A stretch of 63,892 nucleotides of DNA, filler included. It is 18 parts of 18 records of this genome, joined end to end, with 100 filler letters (N's around TTAATTAATTAA, not from the genome) between each part and the next. Parts side by side here need not be neighbours in the genome. Positions count along the whole stretch, not along the records: positions 23,997 to 28,174 come from SRR9188676_462; positions 28,275 to 31,545 come from SRR9188676_494; positions 31,646 to 36,928 come from SRR9188676_524; positions 37,029 to 39,557 come from SRR9188676_525; 14 more parts are not named here. One strand, 5' to 3'. The notes under the pieces are model-generated. The model was not told where the DNA came from and made no database searches. It worked only from the letters and a program-made list of their open reading frames with translations. Numbering within the stretch: position 1 is the first letter of the stretch; each line of letters begins with the position of its first letter. This document shows positions 24,876 through 37,222 of this stretch, in pieces. Both the position numbers and the translations under genes were made by a program.

Positions 24876-25828
24876 CCTTCGAAAATTACTTCTACGCTCC
24901 TTGTTTGACTCGAAAAAAAATTCAGCGCACCTGTAGAATTCGCAATTATCGTTCCATTTCTTGAGATACTGGACCTTATAAAGAAGCAATCCTCACCCGA
25001 TAGAGATTAACCTTCAGTTAAAGAGACAGAGATTTATAAAACACGTACAGGTTTCTCATCATTCTCGTCTGCATCAGAAAACTGTCCTTCGCCACTCCCA
25101 TCATCATTATCATCATCCCCAGACTCACCATCTTCCTCGAGCCCTGCACAGATTCAAAAAGAAAGTGAATATTTTACGAGGGAAGAGTGGCTCAAAAATA
25201 AGAATAATGAATAATGTCGGTGAAATTTTAGGAATGATTGCGCTTAGTTAGATTCTTTGCTTGCTATCGTAATAACATTATCTTATCAGCACAGAAGAAA
25301 TGCGGATGATCCAGAGAGCGATGGAATAAAGCTGCAAATCTTGTGTAAAGATCGGAACAAAGGGTTCAAATCAATGTTCGATGGCGGTCCTAGTAGGGGC
25401 GCACCTTCAGCCACAAGCTGATCTAGCAAATCGTCATCATCATATTCATAGTCATCCTCAATTCCTGCCCTTCGGAGTCGAGTTGCTTCTGATAGTGTAT
25501 CCTCTGGTGTAATATATTCGAATTCTGGGCCTTGGAAGCGAATACGTTCATGGGGGTTCTCTTTGTTTCTCTGTCAAGATGAAATTAGCGACATGGTCCT
25601 CGAAAGGAATGAAAGGTGAAGAGGAGATCCGTACGAGATTCGATGGAGGAAGGGGCTTCAAAACATACTGGGTGGTAGCATTATCTTCAAATAGAGGATC
25701 ATTTTGACTTCTATGAACCAACTGATGGATCGGAACGCATCAGTATCTCAAATACACATTAAAACAAGAATTTTTCAAACCTGGAACTTCACTGCGTTCT
25801 TCTTATCAATGAATTTCTTTTTACCCAT
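24876..25828 (-). CDS. LTV1: LTV1 40S ribosome biogenesis factor, 5' part
   Basis: MGKKKFIDKKNAVKFQ|LVHRSQNDPLFEDN...VLKP N-terminal signature, then acidic exons. Confidence 0.85.
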
Positions 25829-25981
25829 GTTGTTTGTTCAGGCTATTTCTCGAAATATGCAGGAAAGAATGTGTGATAGTCCTCTCTTCTCTCGCTGCGG
25901 AAAGGAAGGTTCACAAGGTTCACAAAAACACGAGAATCGATTGGATTTAGTTGACTTTTGGAGCTGGATCAAGCCTAATCC

Positions 25982-26977
25982 ATGACAGGCGCCAGTCAAG
26001 ATCAGAGGCTTGAGCATTTTGTGAATCAAGCTCTTGACCGGCTTCGCTTGGCTGGTACATTTGATCAACTGCGTCGAGAGATCGTCGATCGACTTCAGAA
26101 ATGCGAGGGTAACACACTCCCGAACGCTATTTTCTCTTCAAAACAACGTACCTCTTACAGCTACATACTACAGAACTCACGAAACTGAAAGAAGCAGCAA
26201 CTTACCTCGCTGAAAACTCCCAGGCACTTGCACAGGCCAAAGAAATGAAGACTCGTGGAGGGTTCCCTGCCAGAGATGCGGTTTTTCGAGAAGTAAAGGA
26301 AGAACTTGAGTATGTCTTTTTTTGCTGATTTGGGCTTTTAACTCCGTCACTAACCAAAAATCGACTCCAGCCGCAACCTCGAAAATCGCATCCGCAGTGT
26401 CATTGAAAGGTCGCTCGTCGCTGATCATGCCTGGGTAAGAATGAATCCCTGTCATTATTATATGCTTCATACATCATTCTTAACGTTTCCTTTATTCTCA
26501 AATATCATGTTTCTATCAAAACATCAATTCATTATCACTGTGTGTGGTGTGTCCTGGAATAGAGGGACACAGTTGGAGCAGCTGTGTGTCGGGCATTCAA
26601 AGAACCTCCCCCTGCACCACCACAGCCTCCGCCAGTGGTAGTGACCCCCACCCCGAGACCGGCACAAAGACCAGCTCAGGTTCCCGTTCCAAAACTGCTT
26701 GCTATGGTGAGTTCTGCAATGAAAATATTTCCTTCATTTACATTGGTTGGGACTTCGAGACGCTTGAACATCATCAGGATATCGATATCATTTTCTTCGC
26801 TCCATTCAAATGACATCGCGTGTGAGTAAACATTTCACTTCTATATCTCGGTCTCCCTTTGATTTTGATCCTTTCCTACTCCTCTGTCTATTTAACTTCT
26901 AGCCGGTGATCGGGCAGGATAAAGGACGGGTAACATTGAACGCTGGAGATGGCGAGGCTGATTCGACCCCACAGTAA
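25982..26977 (+). CDS. BOD1/Shg1 (COMPASS) domain protein, about 5 exons
   Basis: LDRLRLAGTFDQLRREI motif; phase-consistent exons; Pro-rich tail. Confidence 0.6.
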
Positions 26978-28146
26978 GCTATTTCAACTTATTCATCTTC
27001 ATTTCTGCGTTGGGATTCTCCTCATCTTTTTTCTCCTTCTCCACCTTCATCATTGACTGTGGAGTTAGCTCGAGTGCTCAACTCAACGAATGTCTCGATT
27101 GGAATGTCAAGGGTTGTTTAGATTATATGCTCCGCATGTGGTTGCTGATCCGCCTGGAGCATTTCGCACAATTTCATGAAAAGTTGATGGATCGGGAACA
27201 GAGAAATGAACGGATGCTTCACAACACGATTGTTTGGCGAGGGAATCTTCAACATTTATTATGTTCCACAATAAGTAACATTGCGAGTGTGGATAAGGCT
27301 CAGGGCTCCAACAAAATGAAACATACGATAACGCGGAACCGCAGCGGCAGAGAATAACGTGGATCACGCGAGCCGGACCCCGAGTACCTTTGGGCCCGAT
27401 GTTTTGGCCTTGCCCGAGAACCGCTTAATACATTACATGGAATTTTAATCTCTTAAGTTTGACCGAATGGTATGCCTCCAAAGATGACCCTGGCTTAAAA
27501 ACCGCACTTGATTCTATCCAATGTGCAAGTTGTATTTTTCTTTCGATTTGCCGCAAACAATAGAGGTTCGGTATGCCTTCCTTTTTGTTAACACCAGCTT
27601 GGTCTTGAGTTGGAACCAATCAGTAAAATGGCCACGAATGTGGAGGAAGAGAGTAATAATGGGAGACTTTTGTCGTTGTCTTAATACCAATAACTCAATT
27701 TCGTTCAGGCATATAGTGAAAAATCGCCGTGCATGGCATACATTGCACCCTAAGTCATACACTTTGAGTTTTGGAGTCTGATTGATATCGAAATGATACG
27801 TACGCAGACTGGATGAATATTTTAAGAGCAGAATTCGAGTCTTCGGTTGATACCACCCAGCTTCGAAAAAAAGGAAAATGTTTAGAGTCATTATGTTACT
27901 ACTATTGTGTACCCTTTCTGTACACAAAAAAGGTCCCAGTGATTTACTCTCTTGTTTTCGAAATATCCCTTGACCAAGACTCGTTTTTCAAAAATCGGCG
28001 ATTTCACAAACACCTCGACGAGATAACATTCTCGAGATAGTACTCCAGAACGCATAGACAATGAAATTTATGACTGAACCAAAAATCTATCGGACGATAA
28101 AATAGGCAGACAATAAATGAAAAAATTAAATCAAAATCAAAAACAT

Positions 28147-28174
28147 CGCCCCCGCCTGGGATCGAACCAGGGAC
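28147..28174 (-). tRNA. tRNA 3' half, truncated by contig end; isotype unknown
   Basis: GTC-CCTGG-TTCGATC-CCAGG-CGGGGGC-G gives T-arm, acceptor 3' strand and discriminator, followed by a TTTTT Pol III terminator. Confidence 0.85.
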
Positions 28175-28340
28175 NNNNNNNNNNNNNNNNNNNNNNNNNN
28201 NNNNNNNNNNNNNNNNNNTTAATTAATTAANNNNNNNNNNNNNNNNNNNNNNNNNNNNNNNNNNNNNNNNNNNNATCTGACAAAAAAAAAAAAAAATCAG
28301 ACGAATGCAATCAAAATAAGGATCGAAAGCGAACTCCTAC

Positions 28341-30629
28341 CGTGGAACACAACCCTAAAACAATTTCGGAAGCACCCTTGGTGTAAAGTCTGAAGCCGCC
28401 ATCCTGCTTATAAACCATACAGCTCATACGCTTGCGATCGGAAGAAAATGCATATCTAGGAGGGAAAACATATTGAGTGAGTGGCTCGAAATTGATAATA
28501 ATAAAAAAAAAATGCAGCAAAATTACAATTCACGCTTCTTGAACTGCTTTCTTAGTTCGTGATAATCAACATCAAATTTATTCGTCAACATTAGAAGGGC
28601 ACATTCAGTTTTGCTCCCAATAAAATCCTGTAACGCCGAGATGGTTTGTGAGCGCAACAAGAAATCGGAAGAACAGCGGCGGGAGGGGAGGGATGCATAC
28701 CGGACGGCCGTCTTTGGACATAGTAATGTATGAAGATTCAGATGAATTCAGAGCGGCGTTCTGGATGAGGAAAATGGGTAGGTCAGCCCGACTGGATGAG
28801 AGGACAAACGTTGGGGAAATGTGAGTGAAGGAAGTCTGACCTCAGTTACAAGGGTCTTGATTGTAGGATGTAGTGCAGTTGGGAGAGGAACATCTGGGTA
28901 AAATACTCCACCGAATAAACCCTGAATAGTATGGCTGAGATCAAAAGAGATCGATTATGAGAATGAACCGTACCCTCACGACTGTCATTCGATTCTGCGT
29001 CAAGGTGCCAGTCTTATCCGAGCAAATGTTTGTGGCGTTACCCATAGTTTCACAAGCCTCAAGTCTCCGAACAAGGTTGTTATCAGCCATCATTTTTTTC
29101 ATCGAATAGGCGAGAGCAATAGTCACAGCGAGGGGAAGTCCTTCAGGAACAGCCACCACGACGATCGTGATTGCAGCGATGAAGAAACCAAGGACACCAT
29201 GGCTATTAAAAATACCACCTTCTCCAGCCCAACTGAAGTCGATCTCATGAGTACCTTTACCAAATATTAGTAATCCACAGTGGAATGAACCAAGAGGAGC
29301 GTACGGAGTTTATGCGCCCAGAACGACAAGCGGATGATAAAAACCATAATGGCAATGCAGAGACCAAGCTTTCCAATACCTTTTAAAGAATCAATCATAA
29401 GAACAGCGCATACATATGCATCCATTGAACAACTTACGAGTGGCAAGAGCCTCAAGTTTCTGCTGCAGAGGAGTTTCGTCTGGTTCTTGCTGCAACTTGG
29501 CCAGCGTCTGTCCCCATTCACTGTTCACACCAACGGCAGTGACAATCATTGTTCCTACACCGCCATCAACCTATACAGACGAGAACATGATAAGCTTCAG
29601 TCCGTGACAAGATGCAAAATTCTAAGGATCTTGTCTGACCTGACACCCTGAGAGCATAAACGGTTTTTTGTCATTCTTCTTCACAGAATCACTCTCACCA
29701 GTCATAACGGACTCGTCTACAGTCATATCTAAAAATAGAATTGAAAATCTCACATCAGAACATGCGGAAATAGGATCTCAAAGGCTCAGAACAGAGCAGA
29801 TCCCAAAAAGAAAGCCATACTGTAGCCATTCACGAAGAGACCATCGGCGGGGACCTGGTCACCAGTGTCGAGTTGAACAATATCACCGACATTAATATCA
29901 TAAATGCTAATAATCTCCTGTTTACTGGCACGAATAACTGGAAAATGACCAGGATAAAAATTTATGAACAGAGAAAAAGAAAGAGAAGATCAGAATCACT
30001 GGTCGAAATGAGCTAAGAGAGTAAATGTTACCTTTAACCTTGCGGTTGTTTTTTTCGGCATTCAGAGCTCGGAATTGACGCTCTTTCTGATAATCGTTAC
30101 CTGCAGTAACGAGACCGACAATCAAAATCGCAATCAAAATTGCAGTGCCTTCGATCCATCCAATGGACGGATGTTCCACAATGCCTGCTGCCAAGGCTAC
30201 TAAAGCCGCACCACCCAGAATCATCAGCGTAGGATCTTTTAATGCATCAATAAAGAGTGCGATGAAAGAAGCTGGATCTGGTTCTGGGTAGACGTTCATG
30301 TTGAATCTAAATCCAGATCATTGAGGGTAAATTGAAAAGAAAGATAGGAAAAGGGTAGAAACATCAAGAAGCAGAAAAAAAAATACATACATTGCTCGTC
30401 GCTGAGCAAAATTGCATTCAATTTCTTCTTTCGAAAGCCCATTCTCGATATCTGAACCAATTTTTTGTGCGATGCCGCGAATCCCGCCCAAGGCTTCTAA
30501 TTTCGCTACATCTCCAGCGCTCTTAAGTTCGAGTAAATCTTCAACAGTAAGTTGATAGGGCGATTCTCGAATTTCTCCAGCTGCCTCCACATCTACATCA
30601 GAGTACTCATTCCGCTTTTTGGGAGCCAT
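28341..30629 (-). CDS. P2B plasma-membrane-type Ca2+-ATPase, 5' part, about 10 exons
   Basis: [59 protein letters not shown]. Confidence 0.96.
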
Positions 30630-31645
30630 CCTGCATCCCCCCAAAAATTATATCTGGCTGGTGGTGTTGGTGAAGTTTGAGGAGCAACTGCTGGAAATAT
30701 TCGAGGAGGAAAGGCGGGCAAGAGATCAGATTCGATTGCTATGAATGTGAGAAGGAAAAATCGAATTAAAAATAAAACACAAGTGACCCGCAGTTTGGGG
30801 GGGGTGCCAACGTCTCTAAACTTTCTCTTCGAGCCCCACGCAGCATGGCGAAACTCCCAACTAAACAATGTGTTCACTTCAATACCTTCATACGAATGGA
30901 AAATGCTTCGAATTGACTCCCAAATAACCCACGAACTGCTTTCCTGTCCATCCTACCCATTTCCCCTCCCCTGTTTTCAGAGCTGATGAACTGATGACCA
31001 AACAATAACGATAGAGCTTCGAAGTCGACTTGTCCTCCGTAATCGTCGACAGGGAAGTGAAATGAAAGGAGTGAAGTTTGCCTGGCTGTCCCGTTGTCGA
31101 TGCATTGTTTGTGAACTTCGCGGCGTAGGCAAAAAAGCCGACAAACCCGTTTCCCCTTCTCCTCATACTACTCCATCTCCGTACTTATATGAATGTTGTG
31201 AAGTTGAGCTGTATTTTGAGACAAAATTGACATCCTACATCGATATCGGCCCGCAGACCTCAATTCGGATCATTATTTTGTCTGAGTGAATCGGTAACCA
31301 TGCATCGTGTCCCTTTCTTATTCAGGCTCTTTCTTTCCTCTTATGCCCGCTGCTATGTACTGTGATGTGATGTGAGATGATGTGCTGATGTTCTTACATT
31401 CGAGAGCCCAAAATCTTTCGCAAGTGGATTGTAGTGTGTTGAGTTCGAAACTAGTGACAGGGTACTCCTCCTCATCCTCCTCTGGTCTTTGTCAGGTCTT
31501 TGTGCTCTGCATGATTCTTTGTCTTAACTACTCTTCCTTTCCTGCNNNNNNNNNNNNNNNNNNNNNNNNNNNNNNNNNNNNNNNNNNNNTTAATTAATTA
31601 ANNNNNNNNNNNNNNNNNNNNNNNNNNNNNNNNNNNNNNNNNNNN

Positions 31646-31731
31646 AAAGCAGGTTTGGGGACGCGACCCTTAAAAAAACCTTTGTGAAATGAGATTTTCG
31701 ACCAAGGTCGGTTTTGATTTGCGGTGAACCA
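31646..31731. mobile_element. Partial, diverged copy of the MITE at 42884-43013
   Basis: Shares AAAGCAGGTTTGGG...AAGGTCGGTTWTGATTTGCGGTGAMCCA; lies at a contig edge. Confidence 0.7.
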
Positions 31732-32232
31732 CATTGTGAATAGAGCATGCCATCCGAGTATCAAAACTCGTCTTACCACCTCCCACCCCCCACACCACCC
31801 CTACTTTTGGAGGATAGGGGATAGGGAGAGGAAACAACTCCAACAAGTATTTTGGAATGTAACAGGAATACCGGTACCCAAGCCAAAACGAGCCAGGATA
31901 TATTTTTTCAAAGTAGAAGTAGGTGATGCAATGATTATGGTAATTATGAGCGAATTTTATTCATACGAATACCTTCGCCGAATTTCAGTCAGATCACAGA
32001 AATGTACAGTCAGAGACGGATACGACAATGACAACCCACAAATCGGCATTATAAAACCTGTGGACGACCGCCAAATGGCAAAACATGCCAAAATAAAGAG
32101 CGGGGACGAGTATTTCGGCCATTCTGATGCCTCAGACGTTCAGATATACTCCATGAATTTATTATATTCATTCAGGGAAGGTTAACGGTAGGATATTCGT
32201 CATCGAGTCACAAAGGAGGATGAAAAAAGTAC

Positions 32233-32853
32233 CTTGGCAGTTATAGCCGTCGCCCTCATATCCAGGATTGCAAACGCAGTGGAAAGAGCCAATGGTATTG
32301 ACACAAGATGCACCCGTGTGACAGGCATCAACAGTCCACAGACATTCATTCATATCTAGAGGGCGGAAAGGCGCAAAAATAAGATCCCGCGATACGCGAT
32401 AGGTACAGGAGAATCGAAAAAATCAAAAGGAATGTAGACAGAAAAAAGAATCGAAAAGAAATGATGAATTATCGACAACAGACACCTGCAATGAGAATAT
32501 TATTCGTCTTTCGTAAAAATGAGGCAATGTAGCTATGAATATGGATGTTTAAAGAACAAAAAAAAAGAATCTGCTGATACCATCACAGTAGAGACGTTTC
32601 GGATCTTCGGCCGAGTAGGAAATTTGAAAGCCAGGTTTACATTGGCAGGAGTATCCAATTGCTTGATCCACGCATGTCGTGTTTTTCGTACAATCATGAG
32701 TCCCAAGCTCGCACTCATTGACGTCTGCAAATGAGTCATGGAATGAGCGATGCGATCATGAAATTTGGGGCGAAGGAAATAGCACTGACATTGAGCGCTC
32801 GCAAGGTCAAGGCAAAGCACAAGTGCGACAATAAAAACGATATATTTCCTCAT
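32233..32853 (-). CDS. Secreted calcium-binding EGF-repeat protein, 3' end unclear
   Basis: Signal peptide MRKYIVFIVALVLCLDLASAQ; exons DVNECELGTHDC...CQCKPGF and DMNEC...CVNTIGSFHCVCNPGYEGDG. Confidence 0.88.
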
Positions 32854-33375
32854 TTTATATGAGGGATATCGAGAGAAACGTCGCAGAAGGTGAGGGAAAA
32901 TTGACGACTCAAACAAAGAGAAAGTAAAAGATAGGGGAGGGAAACTATGGCGGGGATGGATTTCTAGATTGTTCTTTTTCGCCATTAACATATCAATCGG
33001 TTTTTGGTTATCCAAATTTCAAATTTTCCGTGGATGGTTAATTTTGATTTTCAGGCTCTTTCCTTTTGATTGCAGAAGGATCTGACGACAAAATGTCCTG
33101 AGGATAAGCATACAAGAAATTCCCTGACAAAAACTTGGTTTTCACAGCAAACTTTGAAAGAAAAATGCAAAGAATCGTTTTGTGGCGTGTGACGTTACTA
33201 CGCGGAGCCGTGAGTTGTGGTTCGTGTTTATGGTAGCTTAGGGGGGTGGAAAGATATTTTTCCTTAGAGGTCTATGCAAATTGACTTAGGGGGTAGGTCC
33301 AGAAATATGCTTTGTAATTTGGACTTGAGAAAATTCCTCTCGAGTCGAGTGCTTGATAGTTTCGAACAGAAAGCA

Positions 33376-34847
33376 ATGGTTCATCAGATGGTTAGTGATG
33401 CGAAGGTTCCCCAAGTGTGGGATACCAAGATGCAAGCCTACCACGGTGGCCAAGACTGGAAGTTCTGCTCCAATTTTGTCTCCGATTTCTCTGTCACCAC
33501 CAACGCTTTGGGCACTCCTGCCTCAGGCATGAAGGCTGCTGAGAATTCGTTGAGATGTAAGATTTCTTATTTACGAGTACATTCTTGATGCGTTGAAACT
33601 TATTTGGATCTCGCTCTTTGTAATGTTCGTTTTGTGTCTGTTTGGATCATTATGTTGGTTGATCCTCGCTCTAAAAGTGATGGAGCACTATCCTGCTGCT
33701 GATTTTGAGCCCGCTAAGACTGACCTAGCCAAATTCCTCTGCCCTGAGGATTACGAAGAAATCCACAGCCGTCTTTTGCTTGGCAATGGTGCTTCTGAGC
33801 TCATCGACCTTGTCACTCGTCTGGCTCCCTCTGGCGGCTTCAAGCCTGGTTCTCGAGTCACTCAGTACAAGGAGTATGAACGCTCTGCCAAGTCGAATGG
33901 CCGCAAGGTGCTGTCCTACCAGTCCCCAGAACCGGCTTCGATCACCGCGATCATCAATCCTTGCAACCCTACTGGAGAATGGCGTGACCTCGAAGACATG
34001 AAGGCATTCATCCTTGAGCGATGCACGCCTGGTACCGTCCTTCTTGTTGACGAGAGCATGCAGCCATGGATTGGTCCTGACTGGCGCGATCACTCTCTGC
34101 TGTCTGCTCGCGAGTTCTTGGCTGACTTGCACAACAATAAGAACATTTCCGTGTATATCATTCACAGCTGGACCAAGCTCTGGTCTTGCCCGGGCATCCG
34201 GTTGGGAAGTATCATCGCCCCGACTGCCGAGGCTCTTCTCCCCCTCAAGGAGATCCAGGTATGTTATGTTCCTTTTTGCTTTCTTTCTTTGATCGATGAT
34301 TATTGTTTATTCGACCAGCTATTTCCCTTCCTCTGTCTCTCTTACGCATGTCAAATATTGACTCCTCCACTCTTGCTTAGTTGAACTTCAATTTAATTTA
34401 CTGGAGATGATACGCTCTCGGATCAATTCCACACATTAGTCATGTGTCTCACTCTTCCTTTTTCTCTCGATATCCTTCAATCTCCAGGTTCCTTGGTCAG
34501 TGAATGTGTGTGCACTTGCATTCCTCTCCGCTGTCACTAAGGATGACGAATACCTCCGGATGACATGGTCTGTCACTGAGCAGTGGCGCGAGCGCATGTT
34601 GGACTTCTTTGAAACTACTTTCCCTGCCTGGAGAGTCGAGGGTGAATCCTGGCTGTCTTGGCTGTGGATCGACACTGGTGATGCCACTATGGCCGAGAAA
34701 GTTGTGCAAGTATGTAGAGCCAATGGCACCCCATGCAGAAGTGGCGCCCCGGGATACAGTTTGCCAACATATGTGCGATTCGGCGTGCGTGGGATTGAAG
34801 AGCAGGACGCGTTGTTCCAAGGACTCTTGACTCTGCTCCCCAACTAA
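33376..34847 (+). CDS. PLP-dependent class I/II aminotransferase, CobD/HisC-like, 3 exons
   Basis: YHGG...DFSVTTNALG, HYP, GNGASELI, NPCNPTG, LVDES, SWTKLWSCPGIRLG, PWSVN, YVRFGVR. Confidence 0.88.
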
Positions 34848-35472
34848 AATATTGCCTAGAACTTTATCTCTGTTATGATCGGACGGTCTTTGTTTTCAGA
34901 TTATTTTCCACTCTTGGCTTATCTTATTTTGCTTTTTCTGTGTCTTTTCTCTCTCTTTCTCTTTTGTTTTTTTTATCTGCCAAGTTCGAGACCGCCTCTC
35001 CACACCAGACATTGTTGTACTCTTACCTTGCCTCTTGTATAATTCGTGGGACAGTTTCTTTCATGTCTTTGTACTCCTACCTAATACTTTGAGAGATCTT
35101 CGGAATCTCTTTTTTTTTTCTTTTTTTTCTCAATTTTGGCAGCATCATGCTCCTCGCTCAATCGGGGCGGTATTCAATCAGTTATCAGCATCACACATCA
35201 TACTTCATTTATTTCTTCTTCAGTAAACTAAATTATGTCGTTTCTTTTGATTCGATTCGACTCTAATCTGTTAATCTGGCTGAAATCTGGCTGAAATCTG
35301 GCCACTCCTGTGAAAGAATATGAAACAATGAAAACGACAAATCAAGATTGTAGGTAGGTTACAGGTTGAGGACTGCAGGCTCATTTCTCATTTGGCTGTC
35401 CGTGTTTTCATGTTTTCATCCGCCGTTTTCTTTGTTTATTGTTTTCTTCTTTTTCCAGTCCGTACCAAGAGA

Positions 35473-36567
35473 ATGTCTAAAATCGGCCTTGTGGCCGTGT
35501 CCCCGAAGGTTCGGGAGCCACAAACGCTCAAAATCAAAACAATGGAATCAGTATTTCGTACTTTGCGGTCCTGTGGGAAAGGAACCTTGTTTTCGACATT
35601 CTCTAGCGTATGATATATATTGTTCTTTCATGATCTCATTTTGCTGCTTCCATCAGGGTCCAAACAACATTTTATGCTGATGATAATTGCAATGTAGACA
35701 AAGAGAGTGGAGATTGTGGACCGGAGAATGGCATGTTTCCATCGTTTTTTGCAATTCGGCATCTTGATCTTTGTGGCTATTCAAATATTTTTTCTGCGGC
35801 GTTATGCACGCTATGAAACTCCAACTGGAGGTAAGAATGCTGATGATTGGGATGAATACCTCATGAATCTTGTCCAGGCTCATCATTGTCAACATTTTTA
35901 TCTCCAAATATATATATATTTTTTATTAAATATCCTTAATCCCAAAGTATTAATCGAGTCATCTTATATGCAAAGTTTCTATCCTCATTGGATCCTCAAA
36001 GAATCCCATCATGTTGTCATCCTTCTGAGAAAACAACAGATTCGAAGCAGTAGGATTATGCTCTAATATGGATGATTATCTTTGTTCAAAGATCATCTTA
36101 ATTTCTTACTCTGCTGGTAAGCTCACTGTCATAATAAGTTGGTCCGTCGACTCCAAATTCCACTCGAATTACGATTCGTGTCCACCCCTTCGATATGCAC
36201 AGACAATACTCTCTACTCGAGTATTGATATTGACATATTCTCAAGTCAAAGCTCGAAGATTGATGACAATGAGACAATGAAAATTGAACTAACTTGGCAT
36301 GATTGTTGTCAGTGTTCGATTCGAATCAAGCTTCATTTCTCATATTCTTGCATGCTCTAACAAATATTGGTTTTTATTGCTTCTCAGCGGTGATGATCTA
36401 CAATGATGTTGTGGTGCGGTCGAATGCCACACTGAATGATTTCTACTGCATGAATTCTACCTATGATTTCGTGCCGCAAGGCTTGAATGATAACATTTTG
36501 ACGGGGGGGTTCTTTGCCACAAATATATCGTGTACTCCACTGAACGCCCCGAATAATGTTGTCATTG
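35473..36567 (+). CDS. P2X receptor-like channel, 5' part
   Basis: FSTFSS|TKRVEIVDRRM..HRFLQFGILIFV (TM1)...YARYETPTG|...YCMNSTYDF...TNISC. Confidence 0.7.
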
Positions 36568-37222
36568 GTACGTTCAACTGAATCCCGAGTTTTCTTTTGT
36601 CTTCAATTTTGGTCTCATGCGAAGTACTATTACATTTTCTCTGCGGCTGAATCATAGTCCGATCTGATTATGACCTCACCAAAAGTGAGTGGTAGACAGC
36701 AAGAGGTAAAATAAGCTCATAATACCCATTATCTATTGCTGAACAACGATAAAAATAAACAGAATAATACAAGAATGGAAGCATTGAAAAATGGAAGATG
36801 GAGTTATCATTATTATCTACCTCATATTTATTTCTCTCCTCGTTTATTTGACATATATCCTATCAGTATATAGGTTCTGTGTTGGGATACACAACTTGAG
36901 CGATAAATTATGCAATGATTTTGGTAATNNNNNNNNNNNNNNNNNNNNNNNNNNNNNNNNNNNNNNNNNNNNTTAATTAATTAANNNNNNNNNNNNNNNN
37001 NNNNNNNNNNNNNNNNNNNNNNNNNNNNTGATCAAATGAAAAGCCTGCGAACATGCCCGCCACAAAACAATATTGACAATTTCGATTAAATTCTGGAGTG
37101 TGAACAATTGCTCGCATAAAGAAATAAGTTCATAATGGTAAAACAACAGAGTCATGTCCGAGCCAGGTGAGTACAGCAGAAATTCCTGCGCTGCTATCAA
37201 ATAAACCCCACTCAGATGCTTA

